From: Thermoproteota archaeon
Lineage (GTDB): Archaea; Thermoproteota; EX4484-205; JAAOZP01
Assembly: GCA_049700215.1 (NCBI GenBank)
Contig: JBNAVT010000016.1
Coordinates: 1-19,751, forward strand
Direction: 5' to 3'
DNA length: 19,751 nt
The translations under genes and the position numbers were made by a program. The notes under the pieces are model-generated. The model saw only the letters and a program-made list of their open reading frames with translations. It did no database searches and had not been told where the DNA came from. How positions within the stretch are numbered: position 1 is the first letter of the stretch; every line of letters starts with the position of its first letter. This document shows, piece by piece, positions 6,771-15,947 of this stretch.

Positions 6771-9548
6771 ATGAGAAACGTTTGGGAGCTCCTTCCTGAG
6801 GAGGTGTTTGAAGAGTTAAAGACTACTCCTCAGGGGCTCAGCAAGGATGAGGCGGACCGCAGGCTTAGAGAATATGGTTTAAACGAGGCTGCAACCGGTA
6901 AAAGACTATCCTCCCTGCTTCTATTTCTCTCCCAATTTAGAAGCCCCCTCGTCTACATACTGATTTTCGCAACCCTCGTAGCAGCATTGGCAGGAGAGCT
7001 GACAGACGCCATTATAATCCTCATCATCGTCATTGTAAACTCTCTAATCGGCTTCGTGTTGGAAAGAAGATCAGGGAAAGCCCTTGAAAAACTAAGGAGA
7101 TACATCAGATACAGCGTGAAGGTTGTGAGGGACGGTAAGAAAATAGTTATAGATTCAACTCAGCTCGTACCCGGGGATCTTGTAGAGCTTACTGTCGGCG
7201 ACATAGTCCCGGCTGATATAAGACTGGTATCGTGTGAAAACTTTACTACAAACGAGTCGACGTTAACAGGCGAGTCGCTGCCTGTCGAAAAAACATCCAG
7301 CCCGATTAAGGCTAAGCCTATTCCGCAAGAGCTCTCCAACCTTGTCTTCATGGGAACCAGCGTTATCTCCGGCACAGCAACAGGAGTGGTTGTCTCAACG
7401 GGGAAACAGACATTCTTCGGAAGGGCTGTGAAATACCTTGCTGAAAAAGAGGGTGAAACAGAGTTCTCGAGAAGCATTTCAAGATTCAGCAGGTTTCTGG
7501 TGGAAATAGTTGCGGTGATGACGGCGTTCGTCTTCGCAGCCAACGCGCTCCTCCAAAGACCGTTGATAGACTCTTTGCTTTTCGCACTGGCTCTTGCAGT
7601 GGGAATAACTCCTGAGGCGCTTCCATTCGTAATAACAGTAAGCCTTTCAATAGGTTCTCTAAAAATGGCTAGGAAGAAGGTCATAGTCAAGAGACTGGAC
7701 TCTATCGAGGACATTGGCAACATGGATGTTTTGTGCACTGATAAAACAGGCACTCTAACTGAGAACGTGATTACTGTTGAAAACTTTTTCACTGTTGACA
7801 ATAGGCCTTCTGAAACAGTTATCGAGCTTGCAGCAGCAGCATGCGACATCACTGTTCAAAGAGGGAAAGCAGTAGGCAACCCGATAGATTCAGCGATCTG
7901 CAACTATGTTTTTAAAAAGTTTGGACACGGCAGGGTTGCAGCGTATAAGCGGATACAGCTGATTCCATTCGACTTTTCAAGAAGAAGGATGAGCATGGTG
8001 GTTGAGAAGGATGGGAAATACCTTTTGGTTTGCAAGGGGGCGCCGGAGTCAGTGATCTCAACCTGTAGAGACGTTCATGTTTCAGACTCTAAAGAGTCGA
8101 TTTCAAGCCTAGAGGCGAATCTTAAAGAAATATATTCAAGCTGGAGCAGGGCCGGCTACAGAGTTATAGGAGTAGGGGTAAAGGAGCTGTCCGATGAAGA
8201 AGTTAAGGCCGGCAAAAAGTTTTCCCCAAAGGATGAAAACGGTTTAACCTTCATGGGTTTCGTAACGTTTCTCGACCCGCCGAAGAAAGACGCTATCAAG
8301 GCGATGGCCGCGTTCAGAAGACTAAGGATTGACCTTAAGATCGTAAGCGGCGACGATCCGAATGTCACGGCTGAAGTCTGCAGGTCAGTCGGCCTCCAGA
8401 TAGAGGGAGGCAGGGTGATTACTGGAAGCGAGCTTGAGGGAATGGACAGGGAACAGTTGAAAGAGGTTGTTGAAAAACACAATGTTTTCGCACGCGTCAC
8501 GCCTGAACAGAAGGTTGAGATAATAAAGGCGCTTAGAGAAAAAGGTCACGTGGTTGGTTTTCTGGGGGACGGGGTGAATGACGCGCCGGCGCTAAGGGTT
8601 TCAGACGTAGGCATATCGGTGGATACGGCTGTAGACGTGGCTAAGGATGCTGCCGACATCATCCTGCTTCAAAAAAGGCTCAGCGTGATAGCGAACGGTG
8701 TAATAGAGGGGAGGAGAATATTCGGCAACACTATAAAGTATGTTTTGAACACGTTGAGCGCGAACTTCGGAAACATGCTTACTGTAGCGTTCGCATCCAT
8801 CCTCCTCCCTTTCATCCCGCTCCTCCCAACACAGGTTCTTCTGCTAAACCTTCTTTCAGACGCTCCTCTTCTAATGATATCGACGGATAATGTTGACAAA
8901 GAGTATTTGAAGTCGCCGAAAAGATGGAACATAGGGTTTCTTTCAGAAGCAATGATGTTCTTCGGCCTAATAAGCACTATGTTCGACCTTTTAACAATGC
9001 AGGCCCTCCGCATACTTCTGCAGCTCCACTACGACCTGAACTCTGAAATCTTCCAGATGCTTTTCAGAACAGGATGGTTTCTCGAATCAGTGCTCTCAGA
9101 AATGCTCGTGACTTTCTCAATAAGGACCCACTTGCCTTTCTACCGCTCTAAGCCGAGCGGCTGGCTGATTGGAACGACTGAAATAGTCTTCCTAGCGGTT
9201 ATCTTCATAGTCTACTCTCCTGTCGGCGAAGCCTTCAGATTTACAGCACCCTCAGCCTATCTCTTAGCTATAGTCGCAATAATCTTGGTTTCCTACTTCA
9301 TCCTGCTGGAGCTGGTTAAGAAGCCTTTCTTCAGGAGACACAGGTTTGGAGGCCCCTTGCCAGAGGTGCTCGTCGAGGTTAAGAAGCTCAGGGGGAGGAG
9401 AGGAGCGATAATAAGGAGGATTAAGAGACTGCGACAGTTGAGGGAATCCGGCGGGATCACTGAGGAAGCGTATCTAACGCTCAGCAGCGAATTAGAAGAG
9501 GACTTAATGCAGGTAAACGAGAGGCTGAAAGAGTTGTTGAAAGGCTAG
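6771..9548 (+). CDS. mgtA: Magnesium-translocating P-type ATPase (P3B) with a C-terminal coiled extension
   Basis: TGES, DKTGTLT, KGAPE, ARVTPEQK and GDGVNDAPAL. MgtA-type membrane motifs are AVGITPEALP, SANFGNM, LPFIPLLPTQVLLLNLLSD and FRTGWFLES. Confidence 0.9.
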   Translation: MRNVWELLPEEVFEELKTTPQGLSKDEADRRLREYGLNEAATGKRLSSLLLFLSQFRSPLVYILIFATLVAALAGELTDAIIILIIVIVNSLIGFVLERRSGKALEKLRRYIRYSVKVVRDGKKIVIDSTQLVPGDLVELTVGDIVPADIRLVSCENFTTNESTLTGESLPVEKTSSPIKAKPIPQELSNLVFMGTSVISGTATGVVVSTGKQTFFGRAVKYLAEKEGETEFSRSISRFSRFLVEIVAVMTAFVFAANALLQRPLIDSLLFALALAVGITPEALPFVITVSLSIGSLKMARKKVIVKRLDSIEDIGNMDVLCTDKTGTLTENVITVENFFTVDNRPSETVIELAAAACDITVQRGKAVGNPIDSAICNYVFKKFGHGRVAAYKRIQLIPFDFSRRRMSMVVEKDGKYLLVCKGAPESVISTCRDVHVSDSKESISSLEANLKEIYSSWSRAGYRVIGVGVKELSDEEVKAGKKFSPKDENGLTFMGFVTFLDPPKKDAIKAMAAFRRLRIDLKIVSGDDPNVTAEVCRSVGLQIEGGRVITGSELEGMDREQLKEVVEKHNVFARVTPEQKVEIIKALREKGHVVGFLGDGVNDAPALRVSDVGISVDTAVDVAKDAADIILLQKRLSVIANGVIEGRRIFGNTIKYVLNTLSANFGNMLTVAFASILLPFIPLLPTQVLLLNLLSDAPLLMISTDNVDKEYLKSPKRWNIGFLSEAMMFFGLISTMFDLLTMQALRILLQLHYDLNSEIFQMLFRTGWFLESVLSEMLVTFSIRTHLPFYRSKPSGWLIGTTEIVFLAVIFIVYSPVGEAFRFTAPSAYLLAIVAIILVSYFILLELVKKPFFRRHRFGGPLPEVLVEVKKLRGRRGAIIRRIKRLRQLRESGGITEEAYLTLSSELEEDLMQVNERLKELLKG

Positions 9549-10678
9549 CTGAACATGCTTTCCTGCAAAACAGGCTCCGCAAGGTTGTCGAGCCGGGATG
9601 CTACTAGATCCATAAGCTCATCCAGGCCTTTACGCAGCTTTGCTGACACCAGGCAGTAAGGCAGGTCGTGAATAAGAGGATATGCTCTGTCAATCTTCAA
9701 CTTTACCTCCTCACTGCCTGCTGCAAGGTCACACTTATTGAAAACCAATAGTATTCTCTTATCCTTAACCTTGAGGCTTCTAAGAATATCCAGACAAGTC
9801 TTAATCCTTAGAAGCAGCAAGTCAGAAGGGTCGCTCACATCCACAGTAAGCATTACAAGGTCTGAGAACCTTATGTCGTCAAGCGTTATGCTGAAGGAAG
9901 CGATCAGCCGGGGGTCAAGATCTATGATGAACCCTATCGTGTCAACCAGAAAAACCTCGCACCTCCTATGAGGGAGCAGGTAGTACTTGCTGGTCAGTGT
10001 GGTAAATGGCCTTGGGCTAACGGGTTTATCGAGGTTCGTGAGAGCGTTGAAGAGCGTTGTTTTCCCAGCATTATAGTAGCCGCTTATGCAAACCGTAGGT
10101 ATACCTGTTTCCCTCCTTCTTTTAAGCTGGGAAAGCTTTTCAAGCCTCCTCTTCTCGATCTCCGCCTGAATCATTGACTTCCTTTTCAGGAGGCCTGCAA
10201 CAGTCTCGTGATAAGCATACTCTCCGAGGCTCCTTGGACCAGGGTGCTCCCTACCCGTCTTGAACCTTATCGACGCCAGCAGCTTCTGGTAGGGTATTTC
10301 TTTCAAGAGCCTGGCAAGCCTTATCTGGAGCTTGGAAAGCCTGTCTGAAGAGGAAATATCAAATATCTTAAGCGTAAGGTCATACATATCCAACACTTCT
10401 ACGCCCAGGATTCTTTCAAGATTATACTTTTGCTTGCTGGTCAACATGTTGTAGAAGATCACGGCTTCAACACTGTTTTCAGCAGCCTGCTGCCTCACCT
10501 CCTCCAGCTTGCCCCTCCCAAGCATGAATGCAACGTTCTCCTTCGGGCTAACCTGTATGGTTGAACCGACGGCGTCGTAGCCGGCTGCAATGCTTAGCTC
10601 CCTTAGCTCGCCAAGCCTAATTCTATACAGGTGGTGGTCGTGAGGATCCGTCTTCACCATGCAGAGCCAGACTCTCAA
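9545..10678 (-). CDS. hflX: Ribosome-associated GTPase HflX (short archaeal form)
   Basis: N-domain ELRELS.AAGY, GRGKLEEV, LTLKIF and KLQIRLARL; G1 GYYNAGKTT, G2 PFTTL, G3 DTIG, G4 NKCD, G5 SAK. Overlaps the convergent mgtA by 4 nt. Confidence 0.93.
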   Translation of the reverse strand: MRVWLCMVKTDPHDHHLYRIRLGELRELSIAAGYDAVGSTIQVSPKENVAFMLGRGKLEEVRQQAAENSVEAVIFYNMLTSKQKYNLERILGVEVLDMYDLTLKIFDISSSDRLSKLQIRLARLLKEIPYQKLLASIRFKTGREHPGPRSLGEYAYHETVAGLLKRKSMIQAEIEKRRLEKLSQLKRRRETGIPTVCISGYYNAGKTTLFNALTNLDKPVSPRPFTTLTSKYYLLPHRRCEVFLVDTIGFIIDLDPRLIASFSITLDDIRFSDLVMLTVDVSDPSDLLLLRIKTCLDILRSLKVKDKRILLVFNKCDLAAGSEEVKLKIDRAYPLIHDLPYCLVSAKLRKGLDELMDLVASRLDNLAEPVLQESMFS

Positions 10679-10814
10679 ACCCTTTCCTTCAACAAGTTTG
10701 AAGTATTACCTTCTAATAAGCTTTGACATTCTCCACATCTAAAGTTGGGGGATTCTCGGTTTTCAGCATTACGCGCGCTAGCTTTAAAGCCTCGTTTTTG
10801 CGTAAATCAGGTGA

Positions 10815-10922
10815 ATGAACAGGTCTAGGACTGCCCCTCCGCCTAAACTCAACCGGTTGCTTCAACCCGGCGTGATCGATAAAGCAGACTATAAGAACAT
10901 AGACTGGGAGAAAGACTGGTAA
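10815..10922 (+). pseudogene. Probable N-terminal segment of the methyltransferase gene, cut off by an in-frame TAA
   Basis: ATG 10815 follows GGTGA and a TTTAAA box at 10783-10788. It encodes MNRSRTAPPPKLNRLLQPGVIDKADYKNIDWEKDW* and is in frame with the 10944 ORF (offset 129 nt). Confidence 0.55.
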
Positions 10923-10943
10923 ACCATTCTACGAAAAATCTCG

Positions 10944-11579
10944 ATGATAGAGAGGTGCCTACCGGTTGAAAGCGTAGTTGACTTCGGGGGTATGTGGGAG
11001 GTGGATGGCCTTTATTCTAGAGTGTGCAGGGAGAGGTTTAAAATAGCTCGAGTAACCATGGTGGACAAGTATGTGTCGGAAAACTGGGTGAGAAACCCGC
11101 GTTTAAGAAGGGATGTCGACTTCAGGAAAGGGGATTTTTCAGATGAGAGATTCATGTCTACTTTGGAAGAGCCTTACGACCTTGCGTTAGCATACGATGT
11201 TCTCCCCCACCAAATGGATTTAATACACACCTTGACCATAATGCTGTCGAAGACAAGGAAATTCTTCCTGATCACGCAGCCCATACTTCCTGAGAAAACA
11301 ATGCCGTTTCGCAACTGCCTGGTTCTGCTCTCAGGCTCAAAGGCCTACAGCCTAATCCCGTTTAGAGAAAAATGGGCTGGGGAGACGGATTACTGGGCTA
11401 ATTTTTCAAACGCAGCTATAAGGGATACGAGCCGCTGGCTGTGGGGCATGACCCCCTCGTTTATAGAAAGCATCATGAAGAGTTGCGGTTGGAAAATTGT
11501 TTACAGAGAATTTTGGCGGGGACGGTTGCCCAAATCCTCGAAATGGAGGATATGCGGCTTAATCTTTAAAAAGTCTTAA
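10944..11579 (+). CDS. Class I SAM-dependent methyltransferase-like protein (possibly truncated)
   Basis: Motif I-like VVDFGGMWEVDG, acidic end of beta2 (TMVD), FRKGDF, and YDLALAYDVLPH. Confidence 0.72.
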   Translation: MIERCLPVESVVDFGGMWEVDGLYSRVCRERFKIARVTMVDKYVSENWVRNPRLRRDVDFRKGDFSDERFMSTLEEPYDLALAYDVLPHQMDLIHTLTIMLSKTRKFFLITQPILPEKTMPFRNCLVLLSGSKAYSLIPFREKWAGETDYWANFSNAAIRDTSRWLWGMTPSFIESIMKSCGWKIVYREFWRGRLPKSSKWRICGLIFKKS

Positions 11580-11600
11580 TAACAATTAGCGTACACCCGT

Positions 11601-11629
11601 AATGTTTCAAAACGGTGTTTTTAAACATT
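11601..11629. terminator. 29-nt inverted repeat between convergent genes
   Basis: AATGTTT-C-AAAAC-GGT-GTTTT-T-AAACATT: 12 of 13 arm positions pair. Confidence 0.4.
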
Positions 11630-11761
11630 GACGAATATGAATGAAAGCATTAAAATGGCTGAAGGCGGGAGAAACGTCGGAAGTTTGAACAGTAGCAGGC
11701 TCCCAATACTTTCTACATGAAATAATGCTGTTGTTCTCTCCCCTCCCGATCCCTCTATTGC

Positions 11762-13942
11762 TCAGTATTCGATTAAAAGCGCTTCATAAAGCTCAAGCCG
11801 TGGCAAGACGAATCGCAAAAAACCTTCTCCGTAAGACCATTCTAAAGGTTCTTCAAGAGTGAGAGCCTTGACGACTCGGGGTTCTTTCACAGACCTCATC
11901 TCGAAAGAAATGTTCTCCACCGGGAAAACCCTCCTGAAAGGCCTTCTAAGAGCATACGTGAAGTTCACCAGGTGAAGCATACGGTAGTTCCCTCCTTTGA
12001 AAACAGTTATTTCAACAGTTTCAGGAGCATCCGTCTCGAAGTCGCGCACGTTCCCACCCGTCCATTTAACAGAGTTCTCTATTATCCTAAGGTAGTCGAG
12101 AAACCCGTTGTTCCAGTATTGGCCGGCGAAGGTGCACGGGAAGTAAACACTCCTGCCTCTTCCAAACTCCGACGCCACGATGGTTGGGAAACTCGTCTCA
12201 GGAGTCAGATCACCGTATCTGGCTGGAGCAGGCTCCAACTGCATGCAGACTGGCAGCCCTCTTGAAACACTAGTCTGGAGTACGAATTCTGGACTTGGAA
12301 GTATTCTCAGGCCGTCTGTAGCAGTCTTAAACTGGGGCACGCCTGCAACCAGCGCGTGATCCTTCTTAATAACCATGTAGTCCCATCTTAAAGGCCCCAA
12401 GACCCTGTTTCTCGGCGACGCCCCGAAGACTTCGCTGAGAGCCGGGGAATCCCTTGGGTGACCCGTCTCGTCAAACATAGAGGTCTTGTAAGTGGCGATC
12501 AGCCCTCCTCCAGACTCGACGAAAGACCTGATTGCTTCAGCCTGTCTACTGCTCATGCAGGCCATGTTCGGCAGAACAACAACGTTATACTTTTTCAAAT
12601 CCTCGCTGTTAACGTTTAAATCGCTTACCAGGTCAAACGGGATGTGAAGCCTAATCAGCGCCTCGTAGAATCCCCTTGCCTCTTCAACAGTTTTCCTCTC
12701 GCTTTCAAACTTCCACGCCGCTATCCTCTGTGCCTCTAGAAAATCTCCTGCCTGAACCCCTACTGCCGCCGGCTTCTCCATCTCAACCCTCGCCTGAGCC
12801 TCCTCAGCGGCTGCTTGAGGAGGAGTCTCGAAGAAGAAGTCGCCTGTTCTCCTAGACCATACTACCGCTACCCTCGCCTCAGACTCAGCCTCCTGGTAGT
12901 AGTTCTCATACCTCCTCGCGGTTTCGAAGAACCTTTTCCCCTCTTCAGTCGCCTCCCTGGCGAAACCATGGTCCTCAAACATGTCAGCACCGTTAGCCAA
13001 TCCCTGGACCTTTCCCAGTAGGTACTCGACTTCAGGTATTCTATGCCTGAACCATGGCTGGTGCGACGCAGCCAGGAACAGGCAGAAAGGCTTCTCCCCC
13101 TTAATTGAGTTAGCGAGTTTTGTCGTCCAGCCCTGGAACCAGACTGGAACACTGTTGGGCAACGTGTAGTACTGGTAGCTCTCCATCCCTATAATGCTCT
13201 GACCCTCGTACGAGTCTTCAGCGCTAAGGGCGAAGCTCCATGAGGGCCATACTTGCCCACTGTTATTACTGTAAACCAGGTTTTCAAACCCTTTCTCCCT
13301 GAGTTTCCCCTGCCCATCCTTCAGAAACCTCGCGATCGAATTATACCTGAACAATACGAATTTCCTCCATGCAGGATCCCTCCAGTCCTCCCGGGTTGGA
13401 ATCTGAAAACCATGCTCCTGCTCAAACATGCTCCTACAATGCTTACAGTAGCATGCGCCAGGATAGTAAGCAGGCCCGTCTAGGAAGATAACGTCAACAC
13501 CTCTTTCAGCAACCTCGAGAATCAGTTTGAACATTCTATCCCTGTACGGCGTGTTAACGCACATCGAGAAACCATGTCCATACAGCGTGTCAATCGGTTT
13601 TCCGTCTGGCTTCACCTGAGCCCAATCCCTATGCTCAGAGTAAAACTCGTCACCATAATAGTGTACATTAAGATACGTCCTAGTCTTAAGCCCTTTTCGA
13701 TGCGCAGCCTCAACCTGTTCGCGAAGCAGGTCTCTACCGCCAGCCCCCTCCCATTTAGGCAGCACCTGGCTGTCGAAAAGTGCAAACTCCCTGTTGATAT
13801 CCCCCTTGTAGGAGACTACTTCCAGCAGGTTGCAGTTTCTTCGAGAAGCCTCCTCCACAACCTTCTCAATATTCTCTTCGCTAAAGTCACCATAATCCCC
13901 CCAGGTCAGCCAGATGAAGCGTTTTCTCCACCAGTTAACCAT
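11762..13942 (-). CDS. Putative glycoside hydrolase (GHL6/GH42-like TIM barrel plus beta-galactosidase trimerisation/GATase-like domain)
   Basis: DLLREQVEAAHRKGLK, CVNTPY, VIFLDGP and the CYCKHC Zn motif; trimerisation-domain-like IPFDLV...VVVLPN..CMS..QAEAIRSFVESGGGLIAT..TS.FDE.G and FGRGRSVY. ATG at 13942 (ORF track start 13966). No obvious signal peptide. Confidence 0.8.
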   Translation of the reverse strand: MVNWWRKRFIWLTWGDYGDFSEENIEKVVEEASRRNCNLLEVVSYKGDINREFALFDSQVLPKWEGAGGRDLLREQVEAAHRKGLKTRTYLNVHYYGDEFYSEHRDWAQVKPDGKPIDTLYGHGFSMCVNTPYRDRMFKLILEVAERGVDVIFLDGPAYYPGACYCKHCRSMFEQEHGFQIPTREDWRDPAWRKFVLFRYNSIARFLKDGQGKLREKGFENLVYSNNSGQVWPSWSFALSAEDSYEGQSIIGMESYQYYTLPNSVPVWFQGWTTKLANSIKGEKPFCLFLAASHQPWFRHRIPEVEYLLGKVQGLANGADMFEDHGFAREATEEGKRFFETARRYENYYQEAESEARVAVVWSRRTGDFFFETPPQAAAEEAQARVEMEKPAAVGVQAGDFLEAQRIAAWKFESERKTVEEARGFYEALIRLHIPFDLVSDLNVNSEDLKKYNVVVLPNMACMSSRQAEAIRSFVESGGGLIATYKTSMFDETGHPRDSPALSEVFGASPRNRVLGPLRWDYMVIKKDHALVAGVPQFKTATDGLRILPSPEFVLQTSVSRGLPVCMQLEPAPARYGDLTPETSFPTIVASEFGRGRSVYFPCTFAGQYWNNGFLDYLRIIENSVKWTGGNVRDFETDAPETVEITVFKGGNYRMLHLVNFTYALRRPFRRVFPVENISFEMRSVKEPRVVKALTLEEPLEWSYGEGFLRFVLPRLELYEALLIEY

Positions 13943-14089
13943 GAAACATGGAGACAAGGCTTGCAAAAAAGCTTTTCCGCTGAGAAACCGGCATTATGCC
14001 TCTCGGTTGAACGCGTCTCCCTGAATGAAAGCCGCGTCCCGTAGGAATAGGAAGCTTCTCCTACGTGTTTCTAGCCGGGTTCAGACGAT

Positions 14090-14890
14090 TCATAGATTGC
14101 CCAGAATTTCAGCAAAGTCCCCGCTGCTAAGCCTCCACCCCATGCTCCCCGCGTTTTCCTCCACATGCTCTATTCTTGAAGCCTTCGGGATGGGTACGAC
14201 AGGCTCGATGCAGATCAGCCAGTTTAAAGCAACCTGGATGGGTGTCTTACCGTATTTCTCGCCAATCTTCCTCAGCAGCCTGTTTCCTGAGAGAGCCCCC
14301 TTCTCAATAGGGGTGTACGCCATGTAGAGCATACCCTCTCTCTGAGCGTAGGGAATCACATCAGTATAGTCCTTCCTGTAGGCTGGGCTGAACCTGTTTT
14401 GAATAGCAGCAACATCCGTGTTCTTTAAGCATGCCCTGGCTTCCTCCACCCCCTTAACGTTAAAGTTGCTCAACCCTATGTGCCTGACCAGACCCTTCTT
14501 AACAAGCTCCTCCATAGCCCTCATCGTCTCGCAAATCGGGAAGCTTGAAGGCCAGTGGAGAAGATAGAGGTCTATAAATGTTCCAAGCCTATCCGAGCTC
14601 CTCTTAGCAGCCTTCAAAACACCATCGTAGCTAGCGTTAGTCGGCCAAACCTTAGTCACTATGAACAGCTCATCCCTGTCGAAGCCTTTTATCGCTCTCC
14701 CCACGAGCTCCTCAGCCCTACCGTTAGCATACATTTCAGCAGTATCTATCATAGTTGCACCCAGCTCAATCCCTCTTTTTAGCGCGGCTATTGAAACATC
14801 ATCCATGAACCTGTCTTCCCCCATTCTCCAGGTTCCCAGTCCAAGGCTCGAAACACTCCGCCCAAGCTTCTTGAAAAACTTGGTGTCCAT
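14090..14890 (-). CDS. Aldo/keto reductase
   Basis: LGLGTW, IDTAEMY, VTKVW, DLYLLHWP, IGLSNF and IPKAS; the D-Y-K-H tetrad is intact. ATG at 14890 (ORF track start 14905). Confidence 0.95.
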   Translation of the reverse strand: MDTKFFKKLGRSVSSLGLGTWRMGEDRFMDDVSIAALKRGIELGATMIDTAEMYANGRAEELVGRAIKGFDRDELFIVTKVWPTNASYDGVLKAAKRSSDRLGTFIDLYLLHWPSSFPICETMRAMEELVKKGLVRHIGLSNFNVKGVEEARACLKNTDVAAIQNRFSPAYRKDYTDVIPYAQREGMLYMAYTPIEKGALSGNRLLRKIGEKYGKTPIQVALNWLICIEPVVPIPKASRIEHVEENAGSMGWRLSSGDFAEILGNL

Positions 14891-15001
14891 AGTAGTGGGT
14901 AACAATGTTCGGGATAAAAGTTTTTACTTAACAGTTTCTAAGCTGGCCATTTGTTCGGGATAGGCATAAATACTAAGCCTCGAGAAATATCGAGATGAAA
15001 A

Positions 15002-15598
15002 ATGTACCAGCCTAGGAGCTTCGAACACCTGCTCGGCCTTAAAGGCTTCAGCGACCAGCTTCTGAAAAACCATTTCACGCTCTACCAGGGCTACGTCAAC
15101 AATACTAACAGGCTTGGTGAAGCCCTATCCTTACTGTTGAAAGAAGGTAAGACGGGTACACCGGAGTATGCTGAGTTGAAACGCAGGTTCGGATGGGAGT
15201 TCAACGGGATGAGGCTACACGAATACTATTTCGGAAACATGGCTAAGAATGGTGCGGAATTAGGCAAGGATTCTCAGCTTTACAGAAGTATTAGTGAAGA
15301 CTTCGGTTCGTACGAGGCGTGGGAGAGGGATTTCAAGGGGACTGGCGTGATGCGTGGAATAGGATGGGTTGTCCTCTACCATGATCCTTATGGTGGAAGA
15401 CTGTTCAACACCTGGGTTAACGAGCATGACTTGGGACACTTATCCGGTGCTACACCCATCCTGGTAATGGATGTTTTCGAACACGCATATATGACTGACT
15501 ACGGTTTGAAGCGTGCAGACTATATAGAGTCGTTCTTCAAAGCAATAGACTGGAAAACCGCTGAAGAAAGGCTTTTAAAAAGCCTAGCTTTCAAGTAA
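15002..15598 (+). CDS. sod: Fe/Mn superoxide dismutase family protein
   Basis: Metal ligands NH(FTLY), LH(EYYF) and DVFEHAY; also GIGWVVL and ESFFKAIDW. Confidence 0.9.
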   Translation: MYQPRSFEHLLGLKGFSDQLLKNHFTLYQGYVNNTNRLGEALSLLLKEGKTGTPEYAELKRRFGWEFNGMRLHEYYFGNMAKNGAELGKDSQLYRSISEDFGSYEAWERDFKGTGVMRGIGWVVLYHDPYGGRLFNTWVNEHDLGHLSGATPILVMDVFEHAYMTDYGLKRADYIESFFKAIDWKTAEERLLKSLAFK

Positions 15599-15747
15599 AA
15601 ACCCGTGTTTTTTCCAGCATTTGCTCAAATAGTTTTAACGCTAGTTTTCAGACGACTATTTAGACGATGAGCATCACTGCAGGCATGGACCTTCAATAAA
15701 AAACATAAAAATATTAAAAACACGTTCCTACGTGACTTTACACCCTT

Positions 15748-15894
15748 CTAATACTTCCTATGCTTCTGGAAGCACTCCTTACAATAGACAGGCCTGCCCT
15801 CAGTGGGCTTGAAGGGAACTTCCGCTTCCTTCCCACAGTCCGAGCAAGTTATCTTGTACATTTTCCTCGGCCTGTCCCCGTATCCTGAACTCAA
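15748..15894 (-). CDS. 48-aa CxxC-x17-CxxC zinc-finger protein
   Basis: Below the ORF-track cutoff. TTG start after a strong GGAGGTGA RBS. Sequence MSSGYGDRPRKMYKITCSDCGKEAEVPFKPTEGRPVYCKECFQKHRKY* has exactly 17 residues between the CxxC pairs and the family-typical VPFKP..GRPVYC. Confidence 0.93.
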   Translation of the reverse strand: MSSGYGDRPRKMYKITCSDCGKEAEVPFKPTEGRPVYCKECFQKHRKY

Positions 15895-15919
15895 CTTCTT
15901 CACCTCCTCTAACTTCGGA

Positions 15920-15947
15920 TGCTCGTTTCCCGTTGAGAAAACAAGCA
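15920..15947 (-). promoter_or_regulatory. 5'-UTR hairpin upstream of the CxxC-x17-CxxC gene
   Basis: On the minus strand UGCUUGUUUUCU-CAAC-GGGAAACGAGCA forms 12 bp with 3 G-U pairs, which become mismatches on the + strand. It lies between a TTTAAAAA box (about 15974-15981) and the RBS. Confidence 0.5.

Noticed and set aside
6768-6810. GGCGATGA resembling the start of a fluoride riboswitch
   Set aside because: It is simply the mgtA start-codon context, and the downstream GCUrAUGAC pseudoknot partner is absent.
11637-11720. 27-codon ORF MNESIKMAEGGRNVGSLNSSRLPILST
   Set aside because: No RBS, no motif, and a length expected by chance.
14040-14130. TPP-riboswitch-like fragments on the minus strand (CUGAAC...CGUAGGAGAAG)
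   Set aside because: No P5 stem, no properly placed CUGAGA with P2/P3, and the 5' half would fall in AKR coding sequence.
15748-15894. Small zinc protein as the LysW-type carrier for the ATP-grasp ligase
   Set aside because: It lacks the acidic C-terminal EDWGE motif, is basic, and lies 10 kb away.
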